64,000 nt of DNA from Pavona decussata (taxonomy: Eukaryota). The notes under the pieces are model-generated. The model was not told the origin of the DNA, did not search any database, and was given only the letters and a program-made list of their open reading frames with translations. The stretch lies in assembly GCA_977016875.1 (NCBI GenBank), contig CDRNST010000002.1, positions 930,001 through 994,000 on the forward strand, in the 5' to 3' direction. Each line of letters begins with the position of its first letter. Position 1 is the first letter of the stretch. Of this stretch, positions 12,901-25,950 are shown piece by piece. Position numbers and translations under genes: made by a program.

Positions 12901-13442
12901 TCAGTAAGGCCAGAAATGCGTTTAGAATGATGAAAAACGTTTGGAAGTCATCCCAGTACAGCACCAAGACCAAACTAAGACTGTACCAGAGCTGTGTAAT
13001 CTCCACCCTACTGTACGGCTAGGAATGTTGGAGGATGACAGAGAGCGACCTCAACAAGCTGTCCACCTTCCACACGAAAAACCTCAAAAGAATCCTACGT
13101 ACATTCTGGCCTGAAACCATCTCCAACCAAGAACTTCTTACTCGCTGCAACCAGGACGGCATGGGAACCATCATTATGCGAAGACGATGGAAATGGATCG
13201 GACATGTCATGCGACGGGAGCAAGACATCATCACTCGCACAGCCCTTCACTGGACACCAGAGGGGAGACGCAGGCGAGGACGACCCAAGATCACCTGGCG
13301 TCGGACTGTGGAAGCAGAACTGAAGACCTTACATCATACCTGGGGAACCATTCAGAGGCTGGCCCGGGACAGACAGGAGTGGCTTAATTTTGTTGCTACC
13401 CTACATGCCAAGCCGGCATGTGGGCATGAGTGAAGTGAGTGA
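9949..13442 (+). mobile_element. Near full-length RTE-clade non-LTR retrotransposon (APE + RT), inactivated
   Basis: APE motifs WNVRT, GDLNAKVG and SDH; RT motifs GVRQG and FADD. Frameshift at ~12610 and stop at 13020. GAGT-type 3' tail; 12-bp TSD GTAGGACTTACA (9937-9948, 13443-13454). Confidence 0.93.
10441..13433 (+). pseudogene. RTE endonuclease-reverse transcriptase ORF, broken into 10441-12627, 12543-13022 and 13035-13433
   Basis: ORF-track fragments are collinear with a single APE-RT polyprotein. Confidence 0.9.
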
Positions 13443-15250
13443 GTAGGACTTACAGCATCTTGATCATTCACAGGATTAGCTAAATTCGTTATTTTTTTAT
13501 TATTTATGTCAATATCTGTCTGTATCTGCATATCTCCATTTTATATTCAAACATCTGGTCCTTTATATTATCATAAACAGCTGAATCAACACTATCAGAC
13601 CAATCTTTACGCCATAAGTAATCAGATAGCTCTGTACTGGAGTCGCCGTTGCTGTCCCGTGCATAGTGAAATAAATGTAATCCGGTGTGTCTTTGATTCC
13701 TTCATCTATTTTAACCAACACCTTAGAATAACAAGAGAAATCTTTTTGCACCTGCGAGTGCATATAAGCTGTAGTAGCCTGGCATGTTACTTGTATATTT
13801 GTCATTTAAGGAGGGTAAAATTTAAACACAATTTTATATGTTCCAATATCTAGAGGGTAAATATTGAATCCATTCCTTGATCTGTAATCATCAGATCCAG
13901 CGTCCTTTGTCAAAACTATGTCATGGAGCTTTTTTATTTCGATGTGGTGATTGATTGAAATCAACTATACCACTCACTGTGAAATTATATTCAGAACTGC
14001 TCTCGTCTTGATCTATGAGGTATTTGAATGAATTTGTTTTATGAGACGATATTTAATGTGATTTAGCGAGTGTATCTTCAATGTATTTTGTTTTGCTCGC
14101 ATCTCCATCATGATAGAGTGTTCTTAGATTATTGTTTCCTCACCAGTCATAGCATTAGTACCATCCTTACTCAAAGCTAAAGAAAATGCATCATTGATTG
14201 TATTTGCTACAAAAGCAATACTATTTGACAAGTAATCAATATTTACAGCGTCATTAAGTTCATTAGGATCTGGATTTGTGACATTGGTAAGGTTGTTTCC
14301 ATCAAGATTCAAATCGGCAGTCATTTCTACGCTTCCATCCTTTTTAATATAATCCGATGTGTTTATGATTGGTATTTTGGCTATCTCGGAATCAACATAA
14401 CTTTTAATAACAGCTTCATGACTACTTGTAGCTGCAGCAAGATTTTCAATTTTGTTTTGTTATTCATATCAAGGGCAGCCTCCATTGGAAATAATTTTTT
14501 TACGCGATAAAAATATGTCTCTTGCTGCTCTATAACTTACAGCTTTGTTTGTATTTTCTTGTATTGGATATGGTTGAGATTGAAGAATGAGATCACCTGT
14601 AATTGCATCTCTCGACGTTTCCTCAAACATGTCATTTTGTGCTATTCTTTGTTTTGCTAATTCACCATCAACATAAGATTTATTTACAGCATCATTATTA
14701 TACATAGGATTTGCCACTTGTCTCTGAAAACCTTTTTACTAGTGATCGTTTGGTCCACAGAAGAGACCATTATTTCACTTCTTCTCCGACCACCATAACC
14801 ATCATAGTTTTTAATATCCGGGATGTATAAATGCACGTTGTTATATGATTGATGTTCAGTCATGATTCGTATTTCATCAGAATTACCAGCATCATCCGCA
14901 TTATCTTTCAAATACAAGCTTCGTGTGTGTAATGCACTTGTTGATAAATATATAGCTGCTATGTTCTTAACAACGTAACCAGCTCTTGCCCCATCCAACA
15001 ATTGAATTTGTCTATTTGCGACGATATCATTTAGACCTGTACCTTGTTTCACATTGACTAGCTTTTTGTTTTGTATATCATAGTCACCGTCACCTGTTAA
15101 TTTGAGATCGCCCTTTTCACCTTTGCCAAATGATTCATGATACAAATATTTTTCAGGTAGTAAACCGTTTGAATAAGTCATTATAGAAATATTTTAGATT
15201 ATATCTTCTCATCAAAGTTTTTGGCTTTTAAGTTTCGTTGTTTATCAATA

Positions 15251-15850
15251 CAGTTGAACCTCTCCACAACGGCCACCTAGGGGACAGAAGAAAGTAACCG
15301 TTGTGGAGAGGTGGCCGTTATGGGGAGGTAGGGGTGTAATATGACACCCTTTTTTTCCGGGAAGTACAACATGTTTATTGTGCTAAGTTCATGCTTACTG
15401 TAGCCTATAATGGCAATCCAATCTTAGATAATATATACAGCTAAAAAACACAATAAAACGTAAATAATGTTTTGAATCAAAATGTTAACAAGACGAAACG
15501 AGCAAGGTTCGCAACATTCGCTGTATTATTGTAGACAATTTATGCTTACTGCAGCGTATATCATTAAAATGGATACAGCCGTGAGAAACGTAATGTTCCG
15601 AAGACAAATGTCGATTACTGCATCAACTTATAAAAAAAGGTTTTTACAAAAAAGAGCTGTACTGGCCGTGCAGAGGTTATTTTGGCAGTTGGGGACGCAC
15701 TTTAGTGGCCGTTGCCGTTGTAGAGAGGTGGCCGTTGTAGAGAGGTTTAAACAAGAGCTAATGTATGGACTGTCCGCCGGGACAAAAAAAAGTGGCCGTT
15801 GTAGAGAGGTGGCCGTTGTGAAGAGGTGGCCGTTAGTGGAGGTTCGACTG
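15251..15850. mobile_element. Tc1/pogo (Tigger-like) MITE inserted in the Polinton; copy at 23481-24080
   Basis: TIRs CAGTTGAACCTC / GAGGTTCGACTG; TA TSD; internal GAGGTGGCCGTT subrepeats. Confidence 0.85.
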
Positions 15851-15852
15851 TA

Positions 15853-17720
15853 TATGGGAAGCTATACGGGTCTCTGGTTGCTTTTCCATATTCATATTTG
15901 CCGATATTTAGCTCTCTACATATCATGTTTTTCTTAACTGATGTGTTTGAAAGCTTTAGGAAAACATGTCTTCAGTATTACAAACTAGACCCATGTCACA
16001 ATTTCACGTTTCCAGGTTTGAGTTGGGATTCAATGTTGAAGATGACTGATATTAAACTAGATCTTATGTGTGATATTGATAAGTTTCAGTTCATTGAAAA
16101 AGTTACAAGGGGAGGTATTTTATATATTGCCAACCGCTATGGAAAAGCAAACAACAAGTACACGGAAAACTACGACGAAAGCGCACCGTCGAAGTATATT
16201 ATGTACCTAGATGCTAATAATATTTATGGTTGGGCAATGAGTCAAATTCTACTACGAGAGGATTCTAATGGTTTAAACGTGATGACATCAATAAAATCGA
16301 ACTATTCATGCACAAAAAGAATAGTGAAAAAGGATTGATCCTTGAGGTTGATCTTGAATATTCTTAGGATTTGCATTTGCATAGTCGGAATGACTACCCT
16401 CTTGCTGCTGAAAAAATGAATGTTGACGAAACTATGTTGTCAAAATATTGAGGGCAAATAAGAAATAAATATGGTATGACAAAAATTAATCCCAACCTTG
16501 AACAACAAACAAAAATATGTGCTTCATTATCGAAATCTTGAACTGTATATCAAACTCGGATTAAAAGTAACCAAAGTTCATCGGGAGTTAGAGTTCAATC
16601 AATCAACTTGGCTAAAGAGGTATATCAGTTTTTTTTTAAAAAAAGAACCCCTGCTAAAAATGCTAATGAATAACAGTGTTTTTGGAAAAACAATGGAGAA
16701 TATTCATAAAAGAGTGAATGTGAAACTAGTGACTGATCGACAAAAATTAGCAAAATTAGTATCTAAACCTAGTTGTATCAGTAGTAAGATTTTCAATAAT
16801 GATCTCGTAGCAATTCATAAAATCAAGGAAACGATAGAGTTGAACAGACCGGCTTATGTAGGAATGTGTATTCTTGATTTGAGCAAGACTTTGATGTACA
16901 AGTTCGATTATCATCATAATAAGAAAAATTATGGTGATAAAGCTGAACTGTTGTTTACTGATACAGACAGTTTGACTTATGAGATTGAAGCAGAACATGT
17001 TTATCAAGATTTTTGAAAAAAAAAAATAAGTTTGATAACTGCGATTACCCAGAGGACACTCCATTCTTTGACAAAACGATTAAAAAAGTGATTGGTAAAT
17101 TTAAGGATGAAGTTGCAAGTATTCCGATCAATGAAAAACTGATCATCCATGTGCTTCTCTTTGCCAGTATAATCTGATTCTCCTTTTCCCTTTTCATCTC
17201 TTTTCTATTGTAATATTAATGATAATAAAAAATTACATATAATTTACTTTAATTTTGATGTATAGCCTTTTCTAAATCTGCATTGATTATGTAAAGTTAA
17301 GTTTTCCGTTTTCTAGCATGTTTGTAATTTACTGTAATTTTTTTGTCTTGTACCCCCGTGACTAGCTTTGTGGCTATTTGCGGGACAAGCCCTTTATATA
17401 ATCTAAATCTGCAAATAAATTGTTGTTGTTGTTGTTGTGAGTTCGTTGGTTTGAGATCAAAGACGTATTCGTATCTGAAAGAAGACAACTAAGGAGGAAA
17501 GACTGCACAGGGAATCAAAAAATTAGTGATGAAAAAAGATATTGAACACGAAGACTACAAACAGGTTTTATCAAAAAAAATGAACAGGTTTACCACAAGA
17601 TGAAAACAATCAGAAGCGACAGCCACGCGCTTGGAAGTTATCAGATTCTCAAAACGCGCGTTTTGATTTCAATATGATGAAATCAAAAGTTTCGCCTACG
17701 GACATTATAAAATTCTTGGT
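15853..17720 (+). pseudogene. Protein-primed family B DNA polymerase (pPolB), 5'-truncated and frameshifted
   Basis: Motif A YLDANNIYGWAMSQ, motif B KMLMNNSVFGKTMEN, motif C LLFTDTDSL, GKFKDE, FVGLRSKTYS, and C-terminal AYGHYKI. Confidence 0.9.
17134..17437 (+). mobile_element. Short LINE 3'-end fragment inserted in pPolB; copy at ~25363-25666
   Basis: Interrupts IPINE|FVGLRSK and ends AATAAA(TTG)n. Confidence 0.55.
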
Positions 17721-17995
17721 TAACTTAAGCGTTGGTAAACACAATGAGACTAGTGTGAGGGAAAGTCCCATGACATCATCAACTTCCTGCTTTTCCGAGA
17801 ATTGTGACCTCCTGTTCATGAGATGTCATGCAATGAAATAGCATAGATCACCGACGCATTTTACCGTCTGTTGGTTACGAGCACAATTTGCCATCTGATG
17901 GATGTTGTATATGAGTTGGTGGGTGTAGTAAAGGAGTTGGTGAGATATCAGCATAAAATGTGCTGGTTCGACTCAACTCCTATACTACTATTTTG

Positions 17996-19640
17996 ACATG
18001 GTTCGCTCTGCTTATTTTGACAGGCGTGGGAACCAACTTGCTCTTCTCCCATTTGTCGTTGTCAAACCAACTCCCCTATGGAAGGCGAAAACGTTTTCTC
18101 AGTTCATCATACACCATCTTCTGGATGTACAGTTCAGGTGTGCTTGGGAGGTATGTGGAATGAATCCCTGTGCTAATAAAGAACGAAAAAGCGGCGCAAC
18201 TCCCTCACCCATGTTTCAGCATTTTACAACTTTGCTCGCACAATTGTGTCCGTCAGAGAATGTCCCCTTTTGTATTATACAGGGTGAATCTGTATATTTC
18301 CCTAAGTAGAGGCCTCTGTGACTACAGTTGTTCGTGAGCACTTGTTTTAGGTGAGGCACTGATAGATAGTATTCGTAGTATGTTCTCTTCAAATAGTGTC
18401 TAAGAAGAGTTAGCTCGGAAAAGTCCAAGAACCTCTACTTTGATGAAGTCTCGTTTAACTCCATATTGGTGCCATTGAAGAGAAGAAAGTGTACTGAGAG
18501 GTCTCAATGGGCTTAAAATGGTGCTTACATCGAGCACTTGTTCCTCTCTAAATCTCTCACGTTGGTGTCAAAGGAGTTATTTTTCTCTTTCAGATATTTC
18601 AGCCGTGAATTTGATAGTGGAATGGTACTTATTAGGTTGTTCAATGAACTATACAATTTGCTTTCTGGTTGTGTTTCAGACGGAAAAATGTCATCCATAT
18701 AACGTTTTCAAACAAGTAGTTTTAGATCGCTTTGGATTACAATATTTGTTTCAGCCTTTGTTATGAAGATATTGGCGAAGGCGACTGCCATTTTTCGTAT
18801 ATCCATAGCAGTTGAGATATGTCAGAGCGGAGTTGTTGTTTCATATAAGGTGATTTAAAACTTTCACAATATGTGAATTCTCTCCTCTTGTGGTATATTT
18901 GTGTAAAGACTCGTTGAGTCCATCGAAACAAGGATTGTGTCTTATAGAACTTTTTTTTTGCTGAAGGGGTTTATCAATGAATGATGATAGTTTTTCTGTA
19001 GGTCCACCACACCCTAATTTCTTCAACTCTTTATTTGTAAAGGGACGCTGACTTTATGGTTAGGGCAACATATGAAGCCTTACAATGAAAAACGTTCACT
19101 TAATAGCTTTGGCCAGTTCAAATGTGAATTTCAAGACAACAATAGAGCCTGACAGCCACAACTTGAGTAACTTTACTTGGGTAGCTTTTAGTTCCACTGT
19201 ACGTGCTGCGGACGTTTGGATAACTTGTTCTGGCGGCCAGCATTTACGAACTACTATCCACTCAATCATTTCATCTCCCCTGATGAACAGGATGGCTGTT
19301 GTTTCCGGTTATCTGGGTTTTGCTTAACCAGGTCTTGCTGCACAACAGCGAGAACTTAGCCTTGGTTCCAGGTGTACGTGTCCAGTGAGGCCTTCGGAAA
19401 TGTCAGAATCAATGATACTACACTAAGTGAGTTTTGTCTTAGATGGTAGATTATAAGTTAAGTGAATAAAGATGGAGGTAGCAACAGGTTCCATGAACAA
19501 GAAAAAGTTCCGCAGGGGCTTTTGTGGTCCCGCGTTCTCCCAGGTGGCTTGACTTGGCGTCCTCCTCCAAGGACCGAAGACCAAAGTCATCATCGGAATA
19601 TGAAACTGTACTCTGATTACGACAACCTTGTTGATCAATA
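17996..19640 (-). mobile_element. Decayed Penelope-like retroelement RT remnant; copy at 26225-27870
   Basis: CGGPTEKLSSFIDKPLQ and HFKPIETSQYTFFSS (cf. FKPTETFQY...SSCHP); heavily degenerate. Confidence 0.55.
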
Positions 19641-20275
19641 AAGTTTCTTGTTCTTTTTATAATATATTTCAACTTATTTTTTTTAAGACGTTAGGTTACT
19701 TCATAATCCGCGTTAATTCGGCCTCTGTCGATTTCTTATTTGTGCTGTTCCTAGGATCTAGAAACTTGAATTACGCATATTTCCAAGACATTTCCCTTTG
19801 GAGTTTTCATACATTTTGTATTCTCAAACCACCAAATTTTTTTGAGCTTAAAACCACGGTAATTTGTAGGATCGCGTTTTTGTTTATAAAAACCAAATGG
19901 TACGCAAACAGCAGGGTACCTTTGGGAGTTCCTGTAGAACTAAAACCATTTAGCCAAAATCTACTGTCTAGAGAATAAGGTAGTATTGATAAAGTTTGAA
20001 TCTCAAGTCAAAAACTCAAAACATATTCTTATTAATTATTACAACATTTTACATTCACTTGTTTTAAAAAAGAATTTGCATTCGGTGTTTTGGGGTTTAC
20101 AATATACTTTTATTGTCCGTGTTATGCGTCTGCGATCTAATGAGCAACGACCTTCAAATATCGACCAGCAAATGGACAGATAACCTTTTGGAATTCCTTT
20201 CGTAGAGTTTTAGGCTATTCAGATAAATTGAATAACGATATGAAAATCTTGTAAGGCCACAAAATTTATGGTGAA

Positions 20276-20591
20276 CTGCGGATGAAAGATCAAATAGAAG
20301 AATGATCCTTGCAGTTAGTACGCAACCTATGCAGTTGCAAAAAGAAAGGCTGAAAAAAATTTTCATCCGCAGTTCAAAATATATAAGTTTCGCATACTTA
20401 CATTCATTTATTCATTTGTCACATGTATATTACGGACTCCAATATGACCAGCTCCCAGTTGTCTTGATAGCTCAGTTGGTAGAGCACGAATCCCGTTCAA
20501 GCCTGAATTTTGTTCAGGCTTTCTTTTCGTAACTGCTTAAGTTGCGTAGTAACTGCGAGGATCTTTCTTCTATTTGATCTTTCATCCGCAG
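20276..20591. mobile_element. Fold-back repeat with a tRNA-derived core; copy at 28505-28820
   Basis: Inverted arms CTGCGGATGAAAGATCAAATAGAAG... surround an A-box TAGCTCAGTTGGTAGAGC with a truncated tRNA body. Confidence 0.65.
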
Positions 20592-21454
20592 CTCAAAATA
20601 TATATGTTTCATATATTTACATTAATTATTATGAGAGTAGCTTAAAATTCCCGACAGCGAGTTTAATCCAGCATGCCACTTCTTCTCTCTCATTTTCAGA
20701 TATGGAGAATGGGAAGTCACTAGACTCACCCTCCCCGTTCCCATTTTTGGCGTATAAGACTTTTATAATAGCTTATGATCATGGGTGACGGAAAAAAAAC
20801 ATTTTTGGATCATTTATTACGAGAGATTTTGTCAGTAGCCAAAAAGCTTGTTCAAAAATTATATAACTAAAGTATATATTAGGTTAGATGAATACTCATA
20901 CAAATAGGGCATTGAAAAGTTCATTAAAGAAATGTCTTTTTATTGTGGTGATTCTTTAGGCTGCGGGATTTGTTAATTTTAGGTTTTGTTGAATCGTTTT
21001 TGCCAAACATTTTCATGTTTCATGTCTTCTAGTATTAAATCTCCGCCCGCGTGACATTAATGTGAAGCCATCAACGTCACATCGGTGATACATTCGTTGG
21101 CAATCGGGCCATTCAGATGGATTTAAACAAAGGTTTGCTTTCATTTTCTAATAAATGAAAGTCAAAATAGAACTGCATTTTATAAAATTCCACTTTACCG
21201 CTCATAGAAATTTTTTCGCCAAAATTTTGGTCGCGGAAAAATTTAAATTCTAGTAGCCTTTCTCAGTGGTTATGAAATCATTTTTATCTCAAGGCGTTCT
21301 TCGTTAAAGGAAGAAGCTTAAAGAACTTACTACACATGTAATTTCAGTTTTCTTCGCTCTTTTATCACTCTTTCTAGTTTGATACGCGAGCCTTTCAAAC
21401 TTACTTTCATCAATGTTCTGTGTTCCCTAATAGCTTATAAGACATCAGATTCAC

Positions 21455-21548
21455 CTGAATCTTCCTCTCCGTCTGTATTTCGTAGCTTGTTGCTTTCATT
21501 GACAGATCTCCTCCTTAGTTCCACCAATTTCTGGTTATTATTGCTAAT
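21455..21548 (-). CDS. Duplicated copy of exon 5 (5')
   Basis: Identical to 29684-29777 (offset 8229). Confidence 0.55.
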
Positions 21549-21868
21549 CTTACATCAGTCAAGATCTATAACAAGCCGGTTGTAAAAATTATCTAAAGCT
21601 TAAAAATCCTTCAGACCGGACGAAAGTTCTCACGGAAAATGTGTGTTAATTCTTTGCCTGCTTTTCTTCTATGTTTCTTTCTCTTTTTCCTTCTCTGACG
21701 GGGAAGTTAAGGACAACAGCGAAATTGAAATCATCGTGAAGACTAAAAGAAATTTTTGTAATGAGAGTTACACTTAGAAAGTACGCACACAAAAGCAAGA
21801 ACGAAAGACTTATGTAAAGTTTGAATATGACAAATCTTTTCCATTGAAGCATCTGTAGTGAAGGATAC

Positions 21869-21936
21869 TGCCAATCCCTTTTCACACCACGTGATGGCTT
21901 CCTCAAACTGATTCAGCTGAAAGGATGCACTTGCTC
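21869..21936 (-). CDS. Duplicated copy of exon 4 (4')
   Basis: Identical to 30098-30165; the acceptor is retained about 10 nt from the duplication junction. Confidence 0.6.
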
Positions 21937-24082
21937 CTAATAGAAATAACAAGAGAAATCTTTTTGCACCTGCGAGTGCATATAAGCTGTAGTAGCCTGG
22001 CATGTTACTTGTATATTTGTCATTTAAGGAGGGTAAAATTTAAACACAATTTTATATGTTCCAATATCTAGAGGGTAAATATTGAATCCATTCCTTGATC
22101 TGTAATCATCAGATCCAGCGTCCTTTGTCAAAACTATGTCATGGAGCTTTTTTATTTCGATGTGGTGATTGATTGAAATCAACTATACCACTCACTGTGA
22201 AATTATATTCAGAACTGCTCTCGTCTTGATCTATGAGGTATTTGAATGAATTTGTTTTATGAGACGATATTTAATGTGATTTAGCGAGTGTATCTTCAAT
22301 GTATTTTGTTTTGCTCGCATCTCCATCATGATAGAGTGTTCTTAGATTATTGTTTCCTCACCAGTCATAGCATTAGTACCATCCTTACTCAAAGCTAAAG
22401 AAAATGCATCATTGATTGTATTTGCTACAAAAGCAATACTATTTGACAAGTAATCAATATTTACAGCGTCATTAAGTTCATTAGGATCTGGATTTGTGAC
22501 ATTGGTAAGGTTGTTTCCATCAAGATTCAAATCGGCAGTCATTTCTACGCTTCCATCCTTTTTAATATAATCCGATGTGTTTATGATTGGTATTTTGGCT
22601 ATCTCGGAATCAACATAACTTTTAATAACAGCTTCATGACTACTTGTAGCTGCAGCAAGATTTTCAATTTTGTTTTGTTATTCATATCAAGGGCAGCCTC
22701 CATTGGAAATAATTTTTTTACGCGATAAAAATATGTCTCTTGCTGCTCTATAACTTACAGCTTTGTTTGTATTTTCTTGTATTGGATATGGTTGAGATTG
22801 AAGAATGAGATCACCTGTAATTGTATCTCTCGACGTTTCCTCAAACATGTCATTTTGTGCTATTCTTTGTTTTGCTAATTCACCATCAACATAAGATTTA
22901 TTTACAGCATCATTATTATACATAGGATTTGCCACTTGTCTCTGAAAACCTTTTTACTAGTGATCGTTTGGTCCACAGAAGAGACCATTATTTCACTTCT
23001 TCTCCGACCACCATAACCATCATAGTTTTTAATATCCGGGATGTATAAATGCACGTTGTTATATGATTGATGTTCAGTCATGATTCGTATTTCATCAGAA
23101 TTACCAGCATCATCCGCATTATCTTTCAAATACAAGCTTCGTGTGTGTAATGCACTTGTTGATAAATATATAGCTGCTATGTTCTTAACAACGTAACCAG
23201 CTCTTGCCCCATCCAACAATTGAATTTGTCTATTTGCGACGATATCATTTAGACCTGTACCTTGTTTCACATTGACTAGCTTTTTGTTTTGTATATCATA
23301 GTCACCGTCACCTGTTAATTTGAAACCACCACCAGGATCGCCCTTTTCACCTTTGCCAAATGATTCATGATACAAATATTTTTCAGGTAGTAAACCGTTT
23401 GAATAAGTCATTATAGAAATATTTTAGATTATATCTTCTCATCAAAGTTTTTGGCTTTTAAGTTTCGTTGTTTATCAATACAGTTGAACCTCTCCACAAC
23501 GGCCACCTAGGGGACAGAAGAAAGTAACCGTTGTGGAGAGGTGGCCGTTATGGGGAGGTAGGGGTGTAATATGACACCCTTTTTTTCCGGGAAGTACAAC
23601 ATGTTTATTGTGCTAAGTTCATGCTTACTGTAGCCTATAATGGCAATCCAATCTTAGATAATATATACAGCTAAAAAACACAATAAAACGTAAATAATGT
23701 TTTGAATCAAAATGTTAACAAGACGAAACGAGCAAGGTTCGCAACATTCGCTGTATTATTGTAGACAATTTATGCTTACTGCAGCGTATATCATTAAAAT
23801 GGATACAGCCGTGAGAAACGTAATGTTCCGAAGACAAATGTCGATTACTGCATCAACTTATAAAAAAAGGTTTTTACAAAAAAGAGCTGTACTGGCCGTG
23901 CAGAGGTTATTTTGGCAGTTGGGGACGCACTTTAGTGGCCGTTGCCGTTGTAGAGAGGTGGCCGTTGTAGAGAGGTTTAAACAAGAGCTAATGTATGGAC
24001 TGTCCGCCGGGACAAAAAAAAGTGGCCGTTGTAGAGAGGTGGCCGTTGTGAAGAGGTGGCCGTTAGTGGAGGTTCGACTGTA

Positions 24083-25950
24083 TATGGGAAGCTATACGGG
24101 TCTCTGGTTGCTTTTCCATATTCATATTTGCCGATATTTAGCTCTCTACATATCATGTTTTTCTTAACTGATGTGTTTGAAAGCTTTAGGAAAACATGTC
24201 TTCAGTATTACAAACTAGACCCATGTCACAATTTCACGTTTCCAGGTTTGAGTTGGGATTCAATGTTGAAAATGACTGATATTAAACTAGATCTTATGTG
24301 TGATATTGATAAGTTTCAGTTCATTGAAAAAGTTACAAGGGGAGGTATTTTATATATTGCCAACCGCTATGGAAAAGCAAACAACAAGTACACGGAAAAC
24401 TACGACGAAAGCGCACCGTCGAAGTATATTATGTACCTAGATGCTAATAATATTTATGGTTGGGCAATGAGTCAAATTCTACTACGAGAGGATTCTAATG
24501 GTTTAAACGTGATGACATCAATAAAATCGAACTATTCATGCACAAAAAGAATAGTGAAAAAGGATTGATCCTTGAGGTTGATCTTGAATATTCTTAGGAT
24601 TTGCATTTGCATAGTCGGAATGACTACCCTCTTGCTGCTGAAAAAATGAATGTTGACGAAACTATGTTGTCAAAATATTGAGGGCAAATAAGAAATAAAT
24701 ATGGTATGACAAAAATTAATCCCAACCTTGAACAACAAACAAAAATATGTGCTTCATTATCGAAATCTTGAACTGTATATCAAACTCGGATTAAAAGTAA
24801 CCAAAGTTCATCGGGAGTTAGAGTTCAATCAATCAACTTGGCTAAAGAGGTATATCAGTTTTTTTTAAAAAAAGAACCCCTGCTAAAAATGCTAATGAAT
24901 AACAGTGTTTTTGGAAAAACAATGGAGAATATTCATAAAAGAGTGAATGTGAAACTAGTGACTGATCGACAAAAATTAGCAAAATTAGTATCTAAACCTA
25001 GTTGTATCAGTAGTAAGATTTTCAATAATGATCTCGTAGCAATTCATAAAGTCAAGGAAACGATAGAGTTGAACAGACCGGCTTATGTAGGAATGTGTAT
25101 TCTTGATTTGAGCAAGACTTTGATGTACAAGTTCGATTATCATCATAATAAGAAAAATTATGGTGATAAAGCTGAACTGTTGTTTACTGATACAGACAGT
25201 TTGACTTATGAGATTGAAGCAGAACATGTTTATCAAGATTTTTGAAAAAAAAAAATAAGTTTGATAACTGCGATTACCCAGAGGACACTCCATTCTTTGA
25301 CAAAACGATTAAAAAAGTGATTGGTAAATTTAAGGATGAAGTTGCAAGTATTCCGATCAATGAAAAACTGATCATCAATGTGCTTCTCTTTGCCAGTATA
25401 ATCTGATTCTCCTTTTCCCTTTTCATCTCTTTTCTATTGTAATATTAATGATAATAAAAAATTACATATAATTTACTTTAATTTTGATGTATAGCCTTTT
25501 CTAAATCTGCATTGATTATGTAAAGTTAAGTTTTCCGTTTTCTAGCATGTTTGTAATTTACTGTAATTTTTTTGTCTTGTACCCCCGTGACTAGCTTTGT
25601 GGCTATTTGCGGGACAAGCCCTTTATATAATCTAAATCTGCAAATAAATTGTTGTTGTTGTTGTTGTGAGTTCGTTGGTTTGAGATCAAAGACGTATTCG
25701 TATCTGAAAGAAGACAACTAAGGAGGAAAGACTGCACAGGGAATCAAAAAATTAGTGATGAAAAAAGATATTGAACACGAAGACTACAAACAGGTTTTAT
25801 CAAAAAAAATGAACAGGTTTACCACAAGATGAAAACAATCAGAAGCGACAGCCACGCGCTTGGAAGTTATCAGATTCTCAAAACGCGCGTTTTGATTTCA
25901 ATATGATGGAATCAAAAGTTTCGCCTACGGACATTATAAAATTCTTGGTT
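24083..25950 (+). pseudogene. Second copy of the pPolB relic (tandem duplication)
   Basis: Near-identical to 15853-17720. Confidence 0.9.

Larger units (their letters stand above)
8950..15181 (-). pseudogene. Polinton fibre/adhesin-like repeat protein relic, split by the RTE insertion; partial copy at 21947-23411
   Basis: Repeated motifs: GEKGDPGGGFKLTGDGDYDIQNKKLVNV, NPMYNNDAVNKSYVD, DLNLDGNNLTNVTNP...DAVNIDYL, NMNNHNIYGLRNPLNDSDAVTRAYM, and PVNDQDAVS at the LINE junction. Confidence 0.6.
7069..17989. mobile_element. Decayed, internally deleted Polinton/Maverick (adintovirus-like) endogenous element
   Basis: Termini AGTAGTATAGG...CCTATACTACT; ~220-bp imperfect TIRs (7069-~7290 and ~17770-17989); 6-bp TSD ATTATG (7063-7068) / ATTTTG (17990-17995); contains a protein-primed PolB relic. 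Confidence 0.9.

Noticed and set aside
15482-15937. 151-aa ORF (and its copy at 23712-24167)
   Set aside because: It is a chance ORF across MITE repeats.
20455-20510. tRNA gene
   Set aside because: The anticodon arm is missing and it is part of a fold-back repeat.
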